A DNA stretch of 64,000 bases from Carcharhinus longimanus (lineage: Eukaryota): assembly GCA_030264375.1 (NCBI GenBank), contig JASCQW010000043.1, forward strand, positions 40,296,284 through 40,360,283, read 5' to 3'. The notes beneath the pieces were generated by a model, which searched no databases, had not been told where the DNA came from, and saw nothing but the letters and a program-made list of their open reading frames with translations. Positions 28,685-41,679 of the stretch are shown piece by piece. The number at the start of each line of letters is the position of its first letter. Position 1 is the stretch's first letter. The position numbers were made by a program, and so were the translations under genes.

Positions 28685-29399
28685 ACATGCAGCAATGTTC
28701 TAAATATGTAGTTTGCTTCAAAAGCACTTGCTAACAATAGCTCCAGATAACGTTAAAGTGCTGGGCACAACTTCAATGAATAATTCCTTCTCTTTATTAT
28801 GTGCACCAATTGTCAAAACAGTGAATTAAAAAATAATTTACATAAAGCAGTTATTCTATCTCCCTTGCTATTCGTCTCTAATCCAGGTGGCCACAATTTA
28901 CACATTTTTGCCAGACACGCACATATCCAACAAGTGCTACTGGGTAGCAATCAGGAGCTGAAACCTGAAACTCTGACTGACTTTTGTTCTTTCTAATCTG
29001 AGACCAAGAGCAATTTTAGTAACCTCCATGCTGCCAACATCAGCCAACTCAGCACAGACCACCTTGCAAACCTGAGGCCTTTGTGATCTAAACAGTACAA
29101 CTACTTCCTCAATGAACTGGCTGAGCTATCAAGGGCCGTGATAATTATTCCATTCAAAACGGAGGAAGGCTGATGGATCAGAATTCTTTTTGTGTCCATC
29201 ATTGTTCATATATTCAGTGCCAAAAAGAATCTATACACGCTTGATGCCTTATCACTTCCTTGGGTCACCCAACCAATGTTTTGTTAAACGAAATGACTTA
29301 TTATCCAGTAGCTAATCAGGACCCAGATCTATGATTTGTTTTAAACAAATTATTTTTTCTATGATTTGTCTTCACAAAACTAAACTGGAATGTTTATAA

Positions 29400-29835
29400 A
29401 GAAATAAAAAACTTGCACTAATATAGCCCACTTTACACCCTCAGGATATCTCAAAACATTCACATTTAATGAATTACTTCTAAACTATAGTTGCTTTTGT
29501 TATTAGGCAAACAAGGCAACCATACAGATAGGTCTGACAAACAGCAATGAGATTATTTACCAGTTAACCTGTTTAGGTGGTGTTGAGGAAAGTTGGTTAG
29601 AATACTGGGAAAATTCGCTGTGATTATTCAAAGGAGTGCTGCAGGACGTTTACATCAAAAACAGCCAGACAGAACTTTGGTTTAACAACTATAATAGCAG
29701 ATGGCATCTCCAACAGTGCAGCATTCTTAAAGTGCTGCACTGAGGCATCATCCTACATTCAAATCCTGGATGGGGTTTAAAAACACAAACTTCTGACTTG
29801 AAAAACAAAGTGCCAGCACTGAGCCAAGCTGACAC
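29400..29835 (-). mobile_element. Deu-domain SINE (SacSINE1/AmnSINE1-related), decayed
   Basis: The reverse complement contains a tRNA-like head and GCTGCACTGTTGGAGATGCCATC...GTTAAACC, the Deu core. Confidence 0.6.
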
Positions 29836-29871
29836 AAAACCAAAACATTATACACTATGAAATGTTAACAG

Positions 29872-30120
29872 CAGGCACTGTACTGTAGAAATGCCGCTTT
29901 TCAGATGAGATGTTAAACTCTGGCCCCATCTCCCTGCTTGTGTGGATCTAAAAGGTCCCATGGCACTATCTTGAAGGTGAGCAGGAGAGTTATCCTCAGT
30001 GTTCAGGCCAATATTTACTCATCAAAAACAGATTTATCTGGTCATTATCAGCCATTGCTGTAATGTGCTTTGAGATGTTTGGTGGTCATGAAAAGTGCTT
30101 TATGAATGCAAATCCTTCTC
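29872..30120 (+). mobile_element. Deu-domain SINE, 5' truncated
   Basis: TGCCGCTTTTCAGATGAGATGTTAAAC...AGGTCCCATGGCACTATCTTGAAG...GGCCAATATTTA matches the Deu core as recalled. Confidence 0.7.
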
Positions 30121-33100
30121 TCTTTAGGGTATGCTTTGTAATTTTAAAACTTTAGAATCATGCCCATAAAAATAAATTCCTCATGTCAGTCATTTTCTAA
30201 TTTGAATCTTCAGTAATACACAGTCTCCTGCATCTTTTTGCAATTGGTTACTGACCTAATGGAACATGGGTGATAGATTCCAGTTAGCTATCATCCAACT
30301 ATGGCATGAATAGGACAAGGAGGCCTAAATGGAGGGAGAAAAAGCCATCAAACTTACACAATGAAAAACAGTAATTCACCTCAAGAGGCTGGGTTGAGTG
30401 TTTAAAAGTCACAGAATTTGCTATCCCTTGACACAAAGGACTCCAATATGTCCAATATTTGAAGAATAAAGTTAAAAATACTTGATTCAACATACATTTC
30501 AAATTAATTTTTATACATGTTTTCATAGCTTAAAAAATGAATAATTCTCTTCAATTGTAAATATCGAAGATAACAAAAATGAAGGCTATAGATATATCTT
30601 TATTGCTAAATTCTGTTTCTCTTATCAGCACTGCATTGCTCAAGAATAAAATAGAAGCTATAGAACCATCATAGTATGTATCTAAAATGTAGCAGTGAAG
30701 TTTTCCAAGTGCAATCAGGGAACTAAAATATCATTGTATAAACGATTACAGCTTGTCAGACAATAGTAAGACCACATTAAGCATAACATATTTACAACTG
30801 AAGTAAACACTCATCAAAATAAGAGTCAAATTAGGTAGTAATTATGTGTTTCAGCTCAAATTTAAATTCTGCAGGTTAGTCATGCACAATAAAATTAATC
30901 ATTGGAAAAAAGCTAATCATAAAAAAGCCATTCAGTTCCATCAGGTATAACTTTTGCGAAGAAATTCTGTGTAAGATTTAACCGCCTACATTAACATTTT
31001 GTATAAATTTTTCATCAGTGTTAATGATTTTTGGTATCTTATACCAACAGGAGACATATAGTATTTCAAACATTAAAATATGATTTCAACTGACAACTGC
31101 ATACTTACAAATACCCCATCATAATATAATCTCAGTAAACTGTAATCATCTGAGAAAGTTTTCAGAATTGTATCACAGAATGAACACAATACTATTATAA
31201 CATATAAACTTAAAATATCTTTTGAAATATTTTGTACAACATGAAGCTTAACAAATTTAAAGCACTACCTGTTTTTCTTGGTTGCATAGTACAACATAAT
31301 ATTTAAAAACAAATGTTAGAAAAATTTACAAATGTATAGCATATTCTCTGAATAAGACATTTCTGATTTGTCTAGATCTTCTTGCATTTGTTCTACATGC
31401 TTCCTGGGGTGCTACTTATAATTTTGACTTTAAGAAGCACTAAAACCCTAATTTAGTCTCTATGCACCATATAATAGAGCAGTTTAATTTATCTGTCTAT
31501 TAATGCAAAATAGTGTATTTACCATGTAGACAGAATGAAATGATATGTAATTCTACTTCCCGTCATTTCCTTTACATTTAAATAGATAGTGTGGCTCAAA
31601 TGTAATGTTGTACAAATGTATCTGTCATAAATCTTTAATGGAAGTATATCTGGCAATCACACTAGCATTCTTCTTCACTCAGCTCTATCTTGATTTTAAA
31701 ACCAATAGTCTAGTTTTAAATGTTTTTAATACTTATTAGAAAATAACATGAAATTCAAATGTTTAAATATATATTGCATAATAATTTTGCAATTGGGGAT
31801 CTTGTGCTATGTGTGTCCAAAAGGCTCACATATATCAATTCAGTTTTTCACAACAATTAAAAATAATACGGCATAAGAAAATTCTGTAACCATTAGCTTA
31901 GTAATTACGCATCAAGTTCAGAGAAATAGCTGCAGTAAACTGAAGGAGGTACAGTATAGATTTGATTTTAACAGTTTTAGATTACAACCTATGTAGGCCA
32001 ACCAGCAGGGATACTGTCTCCTCACATGATAATCAATTGAAACTGGAGTGTGCCTTGCCATGCCCCAGCAATCGGCTCCGGTCTCTGGCCAATCAGGATG
32101 ACACGTGAACCGCCTAATCCTTCCTTTGTACGATACATAAGACTCTGTTGTCACTGCTGGTTTTTCATGAATTGCCTGTGAAAGCCTGTCTGATTTCTTG
32201 AAGATGACAGGCCACACTGAATGTTTGCCATTCATTGTGCAAATGCCGGTGTGACAACAAGATTAAAGTACTAATGAATATATCTCTAATCACATGTCCA
32301 CATGCTATGAATTTGTCTTGAACAAGAACAGATTATGGAGTAATCCTACAGAAACAATAAGCAATTATTAACAGTATTATATCATGTTTGATTCAACAAA
32401 AAAATTGATAGTCTAGATATAACTCTTGCCTCAAAACCTAAATAGTTCATGCTAAATGCTCCTGAGATTATGCTGTGCAGCAATATGCATCTTTTTTTTA
32501 AATTATGATTATGTGTCCACAGTTAACTATTAATTCAAAACTTGAACTAGAACATTCGGAAATATTGTCATCTTTTGATATTATTTTCTAAACACTTAAA
32601 GTTCTTGAACAATGCAATAAACATCTGAACAATAATTATATGTCAGCTTTGAAATAGTGCCCTACAAGCCTTGACACTAAGCTACAATGTCACATCATGC
32701 CATCAATAGCATCCTCTTATCTAGTCATCTTTTCTGGGTATCCAGTGACACATTTTGTACTGTCCAAACATCAAAACTGTACTCAAGGGTACTACCATTA
32801 TTCTACACACTGCAACATTTTTAAAAATGCACGCAACCCCATTTCTTTCACTAATTTCATTGTAGATTTTGATCAAAATAACTGCTTATTTTAATATAAC
32901 TATTTTAAAATACCTGGTAATGCTGCATTCCCATAGAATAAAACATCCTTACATATATAAAATTCAAGTCCACATAACTGCATCATGCTAATATCAAAAA
33001 GGTTGTGGGCGTATGTACATTGCCTTTATATGGTTTAGCGAATGCCTTTTTCAATTAACTAAATTCCAACAAAACATAAGGTTTGTATGCTGGATACAGA

Positions 33101-36100
33101 TGCTAAATGTGTTTTATTTTGGCCTTGAATGAAACAAAGGAGTTTTTTTTACGAGTCAAAACAGCCGTGGGGAAGTTGTTTTCTCCCATATGTTTTTTTT
33201 ATGTAACCACCTGAACTCCACTTTATTATAAACCCAGAAGTAAGTTTAATGTACAAGTACAAGTTGGAGCAGGGAAGAATGGGGTGTGTGGTTAGGAAGG
33301 GGAGAGGCAAAAGTTATCGATTTGCTGCAAACTAAATAGGCAAAGAGAGGCCACATCATACAAAAGAGCATCAAAAAGTTGTTTATCTAAGAAGCATCTG
33401 AAAGTAACTAGTAAAATATGGAAATACAAAGTAAGAGCTACAAAAAAATTGGGTTGCAAGAATGTACACTGATGATCTTGAAGGTCTATCACTAAACCAA
33501 CACAAATTGCGTTTACTATAGTCCACATTAACATCTTCCCTGTGCAACACTTCCATACCCACTGCCAGCAAAAACAAACTGTAGTAGTCATTTCCCAGGC
33601 TGGCACGCCAGGGCTCCTGCCTACCTATGTACTCACACAGAGACACCAGGAAATAGAAGTAACCTCAAAACCAAAATCAGCGCCAAGGAATCGTTCTTCA
33701 AGTTTGTGATGACAAAATGCTCATTCCACCTAGTCAAAATTCCCAAAGGTTGGCTTTGCGCCAATGCTCTGACCTCTGACAAGTCTGATCCTTTAATCAT
33801 TTCGATTTCACCCACTTTTTTTTAGAAGATTTTTCTAATATATGTGTTCCACTCAAATAGTACAATGATTTGCGGTGGGCGTTTCAAAACTACGTGGAAG
33901 CTCACGCATACTACACGGACAATTACCTTTGAAATAAAGGGTCAGAGGGTTTGGAAAAAAAAGATACCTTTAAAGGTGTAGTTTACGGTAGGCAATATGC
34001 TAATGTCAGACTCCCCAGAAGAAGAAATAGCGTGTACAAAGGGTCAATATCTTGTTCATTTGTGTTAACGTCAAATAAGGAACACGGAGCACACGTTGCA
34101 AGGTCAAAACATTTGGGTGTAATCAACAACACTACACATCAGACATCCCAAAGTAACAGGTTTCATCTTACAAACAACGCGACCTCAACAACTCCTAAAC
34201 GCAGAACAAAAAACCCGACTTTTGACAGCTGGTCGCAGTAGTTTGCAATGCCTCTATTGAGGTAGTGGAGTGAAGTTTACAACCAACTCGCAAGTGGCAA
34301 TCATAAAGTACTGCAGAAAGTCAAATGCAACATTAAATATTTGGACGCGAAATTGAGCCTAATTGATGCCGGAATTTCACTCACTTTCAAATTTTCCTCT
34401 GAAAGAGGTCTTTTCCCAAACGGAAGGTCTGCATATGATTGATCCTTGGCTACATTTATTATCTCCCTGCTCTGGAGCTGATTAGCGTGCTGCACTCAAG
34501 CGAGAGGAGGTCTAAACTTATTTGATCGACCACACTCGGTGGACTCCGCTGGTTAAAAATCTGAACTCTGATCTATTCACTGCTGATATTTGTTTTTAAA
34601 AAATCACTAGGTATCACTTGAAACAAACTCTGCGGCAGGGAAGAAGAGGCGAAACGTCCAGTCAGTGTTCTCCCACAATCCTAAACCAGTTTTATGGATT
34701 ATCAGTTTCATTCTTGAAAGGGGGCGGGATCAAATCTTCAGCATTTTCCTAAAACAAATACCGTGCCACCAGACAAGACAGAAAACATATTAACTCCTTT
34801 AGAACGCATGATTAACCAATACTGATTCTCATCGCAGGATCAACAAGCTGACTACATTCCTTTTCACCTTGATATAACATACCAACTTTAATTTACTCTG
34901 TATAATAGGTATTCATCGCCCCCATGTCTATATTGTGAGAGATTTGTCATATTTTGTTTTGATAATATAATGTTGAGCATGACCTTGTCTGACAGCACGT
35001 TGGCACTATTTCTGTAACTTGGCGTACAATGTAATGTATTACAGCCATTAGTCTGATTCTGTAAAAAAAATCTACAGGGACCGAAGAACACGGAGAATAA
35101 CTGGCCCCTTTCTACAACGTGATTCCCCTCGCCTTGTTACGCTTGTAAAAATGGCCTTTTCTTACTAAACTATGGGGAAACGTTGCCAAATTCATTGCAA
35201 TCTCGAGTTTTACCCCATTCAAATGAATGTAGGTTACTGTTCTAATGTTGTCATGGACCAAAACCAAGTCACTGTTAAACCACAGCTTCATTGCACTCGC
35301 AATTAATTGCCTGAAATTTTGAGTGAACACTTAGCATTGTACAGAAAGACTAGGAAACACGTTGAGATGATCTGGCAAAACAGACTTAATTTAAAAGTAT
35401 GCATCGATAAACCAAATGAATGGAAAGGTAACAAAGTTTAAAAAATAAACTTAGATCGGGATGAAACCTGAAATTAAGGGATAGATGTGTGGGTCAAATA
35501 AGAATGAAATTAGCGGTAGCTTGAAAAAAGAGTTACAGAATGAAAGTAGGGTTGTCCATGATGATGAGTTAGATGTAGATGCACTGAGAAACACCGAGGC
35601 TTTGCATGGTTCAGTATATTGCGCAGCAGTGTGACTTGGAAAGGATCTCCACACATTCCACTGTCTAAGCGTTTCCTACTGCGCCAGGACTCCGGCCCCC
35701 TCTTACAACAATCCTGTTATATCAAACAGCTACTTGGAAATTAAAACAAGCAGCTTCTCCCAGGCGGCGTGGAATTCAAATTCTCTGGACAGCATCAACA
35801 CAGGAAGTGCAAATCACTACAGATAAAGATTGGTCGTAATGGCAAAGTTGAGGAAATCGCAAATAAACAACCTCTGCCACAGATCCAACATAATTCAAGT
35901 AACATGACTCTCCCCGCCTAAGATGAAATGCAGAATGGAAGTGACTCTTTGAGTGCATGGAAAAGTATGTACAGCATCGTATGTTCACTTTCAGAGTGAA
36001 CTGCCAACGACCCATCACTACAAACTATTAAATATAAAACTATAACAATCAGTAAAGCCAGATATGGTGTAAATTACGCTGTCATTGCAACTGCATTAGT

Positions 36101-36508
36101 CAGTAACGTGTAACTGTAAGCAGCAATGCTTGATATATTCAATGATCAAATGTACTGTATCAGAGCTTCTCTACAATATTACTTCACACAGAATTAAATC
36201 ATTTCTAATAAATTATATTTACTGGCGCTCTGATTGCCATAGAGAGGAATGCCACCCGAAAATGTTAATCGCATCGTCTGACAATACTACTGAAAGCACC
36301 AAATGTAAAAGCTGTAAATTAAAAGTGAGAAAGAGCCATTGTCCATTCTGGCTTGGCATCTGTAGATACAGTATATTGCACACTAACTCCATTTTAGTCA
36401 TTGTGTGATTTCTGTAGTTTCACACGGACCGCACATGTCAAAACACAATCTAGAAACAAGAGAAAAGTCTACGCACAGCAGAATGGGGAGCAAAAGAAAA
36501 TCACTTAC

Positions 36509-37175
36509 CGCACAAACCTCGACGATGCTGCTTCCCCGACCTCAATTTTCCCCCTCTTGAAGACGGATTAAAGTTACTTTAAAAGCTCCAACTTCTTTTG
36601 ACACCTTGGATTAAAAGCAGAACGAGAGAGAATCGACCATGTTACAAAACACATCAGCCGGAGCAAAGCTCGTCATCATTCACCACCACAACAACACGTT
36701 TACGGGCCATGTGAACATTAAAGATTAAACAAAACCACGGCTGAAACAATGACAGAGAGAGTATTAACATTTAATTCCCTCCTCGGATTTGCACAGGGTA
36801 AGTTTTAAAGGGGAGGGGGGGAGGAAGCCAATTTAAAACACAGCAACATGCACAGGCCGTAATTTGCTTGCCATATAGCTTGAAGCATTAAACAATTACT
36901 GATGTAAGTCCAGTCATTAAAAACTGCGCTACAATGTTGGTTTTTTTTGAGAGCAAACAAGTTTATATTTTTTTTACTGACCAGTGAGCTGAAGACAAAT
37001 CGACTGTGAGGGCTGAGATTTGTATACATTAATTGTTTTTTTCTTTAAAAAGACAATACTTTAAAAAGCTGACATATAGAGAGCTATAGATAGAGCCATT
37101 TCTGAGAGAGGGAGAGAGAGAGAAAGCCCTGCTCGCTTTAGTCAGTCTCCCTGTCTGTGTGTATCTGCTTCTATA
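36509..37175 (-). other. 5'UTR first exon(s) from the CpG-island promoter
   Basis: Strong donor TGCG|GTAAGT (intron starts 36508) just downstream of the island on the minus strand. A second possible donor is CTG|GTCAGT at 36981. A CT-rich tract lies near the 5' end. Whether this is one exon or two is unresolved. Confidence 0.55.
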
Positions 37176-38120
37176 TTTAGCGGAGGAGCAGCTCCAGCGA
37201 GAGGGGGCGGGGCCGGCGCTGTGCTCGTTCGCGTGGTGAACGCAACGTCACAAACGCGCGCCCGCGCCCGCGGGGAGGGGGCGGGAGCGAGCGGAGCGAT
37301 GGCGTGGGCGAGCGTGGGCCCGCCTGCCTGCGCATGGATACCCCTCCGCTAACGCCGTTGTTTGCAGCGTTTCCGCCCTCATCGCCCACCTCAGAGGTAA
37401 CCATCCGCTGCCAAAAAATGAGTTCCAGGGCAGGTTTCATGTTACTGGTGTGGGGGCGGCTTGGGAGTGGCCAGGTAGCATTTATGCCCCGTTATGGAAT
37501 TGCTGCTATTATTAATGATGCTCACATATATTAAAACAAAACAACTGGCAGACTTTGGTTGTTGTTGTCGAGCTTTGAAATAATAAACTCGAGCTTCGCT
37601 TTTAATAGGATAGTGGGTTATTTGGGGATAAGAATAAAATGTCAGCCAGCCCTCTCCCTCCAGGACAACGCCGAACCCATTAAGAGGCAGGGTGAACTTT
37701 TAGGAAAGTGCCTTTTTTTGACGGGTAAACAGGATTGCCGCCGCCCGATCGGGCAACAACCACCCCTTAATCCCGGCCCTCTCCACCCACCCTGCTTCAG
37801 TGCCTGGATTCGCTCCCCCACCCCATTGACGTCAGTGCCCAGGCTGTCAGTGCGCGCGGAGCTGTCAATCAAAGCCAAGTTGAGCGGCACGCGGAGCTGG
37901 AGCTGCACCGCCACTGCCGCAGATCCAGCACTCTGTCACAGCAGCAGCATGTCACAGGCGATCAATCACTACACACTGTTACTTTTAATATCAGTGCAGC
38001 ACAGATTAAATTTAAATGCAAGCAGAGTCTCTCGCTGTCTCCCCCCACCCCGCCCAAGTTCACCAAAAGAACCTGCCAAATGACGTACAGGGGGAGGTAG
38101 GCGTAATAAGTTACTGTCAA
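37150..38120. promoter_or_regulatory. CpG-island promoter of the MEF2-family gene
   Basis: Strong local CpG/GC enrichment in an AT-rich, CpG-poor window. MEF2 site CTATATTTAG 37171-37180, GC box GGGGCGGGGC 37204-37213, half-CRE 37245-37250, NRF1-like CCTGCCTGCGCA 37323-37334, CRE TGACGTCA 37827-37834, PBX-MEIS decamer 37862-37871. Confidence 0.8.
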
Positions 38121-39429
38121 AAAATAACCATTTTATTTATTTTAGTCCTTAGCAACTTTAGATGAGTCAGAGAACATCTCACCAATAGTTATCAATGGAG
38201 CAATTCAAAATGAAATTCGGATTTAACACTTGACAGGGTCCTGGGAATCTTCTCCACTTACTATTTTAATCAGCCTTTGATCTGCATACTAAAGTACAAT
38301 ATTGTTTTTGCTAGGAACATGGTATGCCCACTGACTTCCATTATCCAACATTACAATCATTTAGTTTCGTGCAGTTTTCGGAAGACCTATAGTCACAAGA
38401 GCCCCACATCAATCACATTATCTGATAGTCTATGATAAATTCAGTGCTGTAGTGTAAAACACACTCGCCGTTTCTTTCAACCTCCCTCAACTCAACATGA
38501 TTTACTCGTTTTGTTTTATGTGAACTGCATTCCCACAATACGCAAGATGCAGTGATCGCCCACTTGCTTGTATGTGTTAGCGAGCACGTCAGGTTTATAA
38601 ATAGGGGTAAACAGAATAGTACGATAATGGCAAGAAAGCAGATAAAGTCTTCCTCTTAAAGCTCCACAAACCTAATTTAAAACAATAATAGTCACGATCA
38701 AATAACACATTTTTAAATGTCATGCAGTATTTAGTTGTATATTAAATATAAATGTGGAGAGAAAGGAAACGATTTGGCCTACAGCCGTTCGGAGTCAGTA
38801 AACATGTCTTATCACTTAGAAGGTGCAATGTCAGACGAGTAAATCAAAGATACATTTTACATTTCGGGCCTAAGCTTGGAATTAACTTGCAGGACTGTTA
38901 ATTGCGCCATAGCATTTGACATGAATACAGAAGCAATAAATAATACTGAAGTTGTAATCCTGATATAAGGTTTATCAGTTGTATAACCTTCGGGGTGGGG
39001 GGGGGGTGTTTGGGGGAAGAAGTCTACCACACATCCTGACAAACAGGATCTCATTTCTCTACAGTTCTTTGTAAATCAGATGGCCAAACTAGGGAAGCTG
39101 GAAACACATGGAAGGACAGATGACACACATATTGACACTGGCTGCTGTGAACATAAAATCAGACCTAGAGAAATCATATTGAGGAAAAAAATGGAAATGC
39201 AACATGAAACACTGCATTCTTGAAGCATAACCAAGTACAGGAGGGTCAATGGTCAGAGGGAAAAAATAAACTTCACCAAAACTGAAGATTGTTCTCCAGT
39301 TTGACCTAACATTCTAAGTCACATTTTATAATATTTTTGGAGCTGTTTCACCACACCAAGCACTATTGTGGTGTAGTGATTGAATAAGTAAAATCTAGCT
39401 AAAGATTTAGAGAACTTCACTAGAATTTT

Positions 39430-39625
39430 TGTCAATGTGTTTCAGAGGGTTTTGGATGCTCCGTTGTTAAATACATTTAAGGCAGACAGCTTTTTTGTCT
39501 TTCAGGTATTCAAAGGATACAGGGAGACGGCAGAAAAGTAGTCTTGAAACCCAAGATCAGACACAATCATTTTGAATGGTGGAGCAGGCTCCACAGGCCA
39601 TGTGGTCTACTTCTGATTCTATGTC
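39430..39625 (+). mobile_element. CR1 3' tail
   Basis: AATACATTTAAGGCAGA...GATCAG...TGAATGGTGGAGCAGGCTC...TGGTCTACTTCTG. Confidence 0.7.
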
Positions 39626-41679
39626 TTGTGTATCCCTTTTCCATGACCATTGAACCCAATAGCTTGGCAGCTAAGATACAATTTATGGTGATGGAGTCTA
39701 ATCCAAAATTTATAAAATGGATTTTAAACATATTTTGCAAATCACACTTTGCAACTCTAATCATTTTTGCAAGGAAGCTAAAAGAGCAGACTCTCTGGAA
39801 CATGTTTGTACTCTGTTTTCTGATTCTGACATGCAAAGAAACACAAATAAAAAAGCCCTACATTTATAATGGTATTGTATAATCCTGTATAAAATATATG
39901 TGTGTGTGTGGGAGGTCAAATGAGTTTGCAAACCTGTCTTTGGCATTGCTTATTTCTACTTATGTTATTGCTATTATTAATTTTATTAGTCATAGCATTA
40001 TATAATGATTTGGCTACTTTGTAATCAAACTCAAAATCGCATGATAAATTCAGACCATCTCATAAAACTGTTTCAGAAGTGGCCTGCCCAAAGGGAACAC
40101 GTAGAAAATATCTCAAAGAATAATTAAATGCCAATTGAAATAATAAAACCTCGTCACATTTATGATTACCCTAAGGTACAATTTTTGTAAAAGATTAAAT
40201 ATGAAGCCAGAAATCAGTCTCAGATTTGTAACACCAGCTTATGATTTGAAGCATTTTAAGAGTTCATAGATTTGAACTCAGCTTATAGAAATCAGTGAGG
40301 TAGATTGGAATACTTTTCTCCTTCATGTGATTTCACAATCAAGTTGATTGGCAGAAAGGGGGAAAATCCAGTCTGATATAAGTTTGTTCAATTTAAAGAA
40401 GATTGGGTCTCAAGCTCATGTGCACCATCCAGTCATTACAATATACCCCACACAATTATTGACCTTGCAAGCAATGTTAACGTCCATGTAAGATGCAAGT
40501 TTTTGCATTCTATTCTCAATGACGGTTAAATTCCAATGACAGAATTGTAATGTTCCTTCCACATCTGTCCTAAATTTCATCTATAAAGTAGTTGTTAGTC
40601 GATGTTGCACTGTAATTCAATGAAGTATCAATTTCTTATTTGCAGTGAGTCTACAGAGCCTGGTGCTGCTGAAGTCTACATTAGTAGCATGACCTAGAGG
40701 ACAGCTGTAAATTATGTATGTCAAAGTCAAGATTATGTCAACTGGTTTTTGGAATTTGGACTATATCTGATTGATTTAAACAAAATCACTGGTGATATCT
40801 TAACTGTTTCCATTTAATGAAATTAATCTTTGATACTAATAAATGAAAAGGGAATTTGAGAAAAACAGCAAAACACAAGTTTTGAATGTACTGCAATGGC
40901 ATCTACATATGATAACCAGCTGTTGGACTTACTCAGATCACAGATTAATATCACTATCTAGGCATATTGGCTTGGTGCATCTGTTAGAACTGATTTAACT
41001 ATGAAAATGAAAGTTTATATTTACAGTAATTATATTCAATATAAATATGTGATATCAAATGCTTGTTTGTGACTTCAAAGCTGGCTATACATAACACTTG
41101 TCTTATTTTAGGAACAGGTTAACAAAGTTGAAGGTCCGTGGCAGCAGTATAAAAGAGTTATGGTTTTATAAAGCATTTAAACTCTTTTTATTGAGTAAAT
41201 ACTAAAACTAATTCCACCTATAGTTTCACTGAGTAAGCTGATAACTACAAAAAGATTTACCTAGATGCTTCAAAAGGAAGCATGATCGATAATAACTAGT
41301 ACAGCATACTTGACTCTTAAAATACAAGTATAAAAAAAAGATTGTTTTTACTGGAAGTCAAATTTAAACATATTGTCACTTAATTAAAAACATAAATATT
41401 ATCAGTTTTTTCTTAAACATAGTTCACTTGTTTAACATAGAAGCATTTTATTTGCAAATTCTCCTTTGCTCACCATGCACAATAAAACCCTCAAACTTTT
41501 AAGTATTTGTACTTTGCCATAGCCACTTACACCATATTACTTTAAAAAAACACTACTTAAGAATATTTCACTTATTATATAGGCTATAACTGTTTTCTTT
41601 GCTTTTAGGTCATTTCTACACAATGGAGTCTAAATGTGGTAATTTTGATGTTTTGTCATTTTTTGGTCCAAAAACTCAC

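Larger units (their letters stand above)
1..36508 (-). other. Large intron of the MEF2-family gene; the coding MADS-box exon is outside the window
   Basis: Follows the 36508 donor. I found no MGRKKIQI-encoding exon. Content is repeats and AT-rich non-coding DNA; small internal UTR exons cannot be excluded. Confidence 0.55.

Noticed and set aside
32089-32107. ER-stress element
   Set aside because: Spacing and sequence do not fit CCAAT-N9-CCACG.
33023-33033. CArG-like CCTTTATATGG
   Set aside because: It has seven A/T between CC and GG; the SRF consensus requires six.
35705-35725. FOX:ETS-like motif ATAACAGGAT (minus) as the Mef2c endothelial enhancer
   Set aside because: A single short motif whose flanks do not match the mouse element as I recall it.
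37559-38083. 174-aa + strand ORF, and ORFs 37177-37440 and 37642-37914
   Set aside because: They lie in the GC-rich promoter where stops are rare, lack an ATG start and resemble no known protein.
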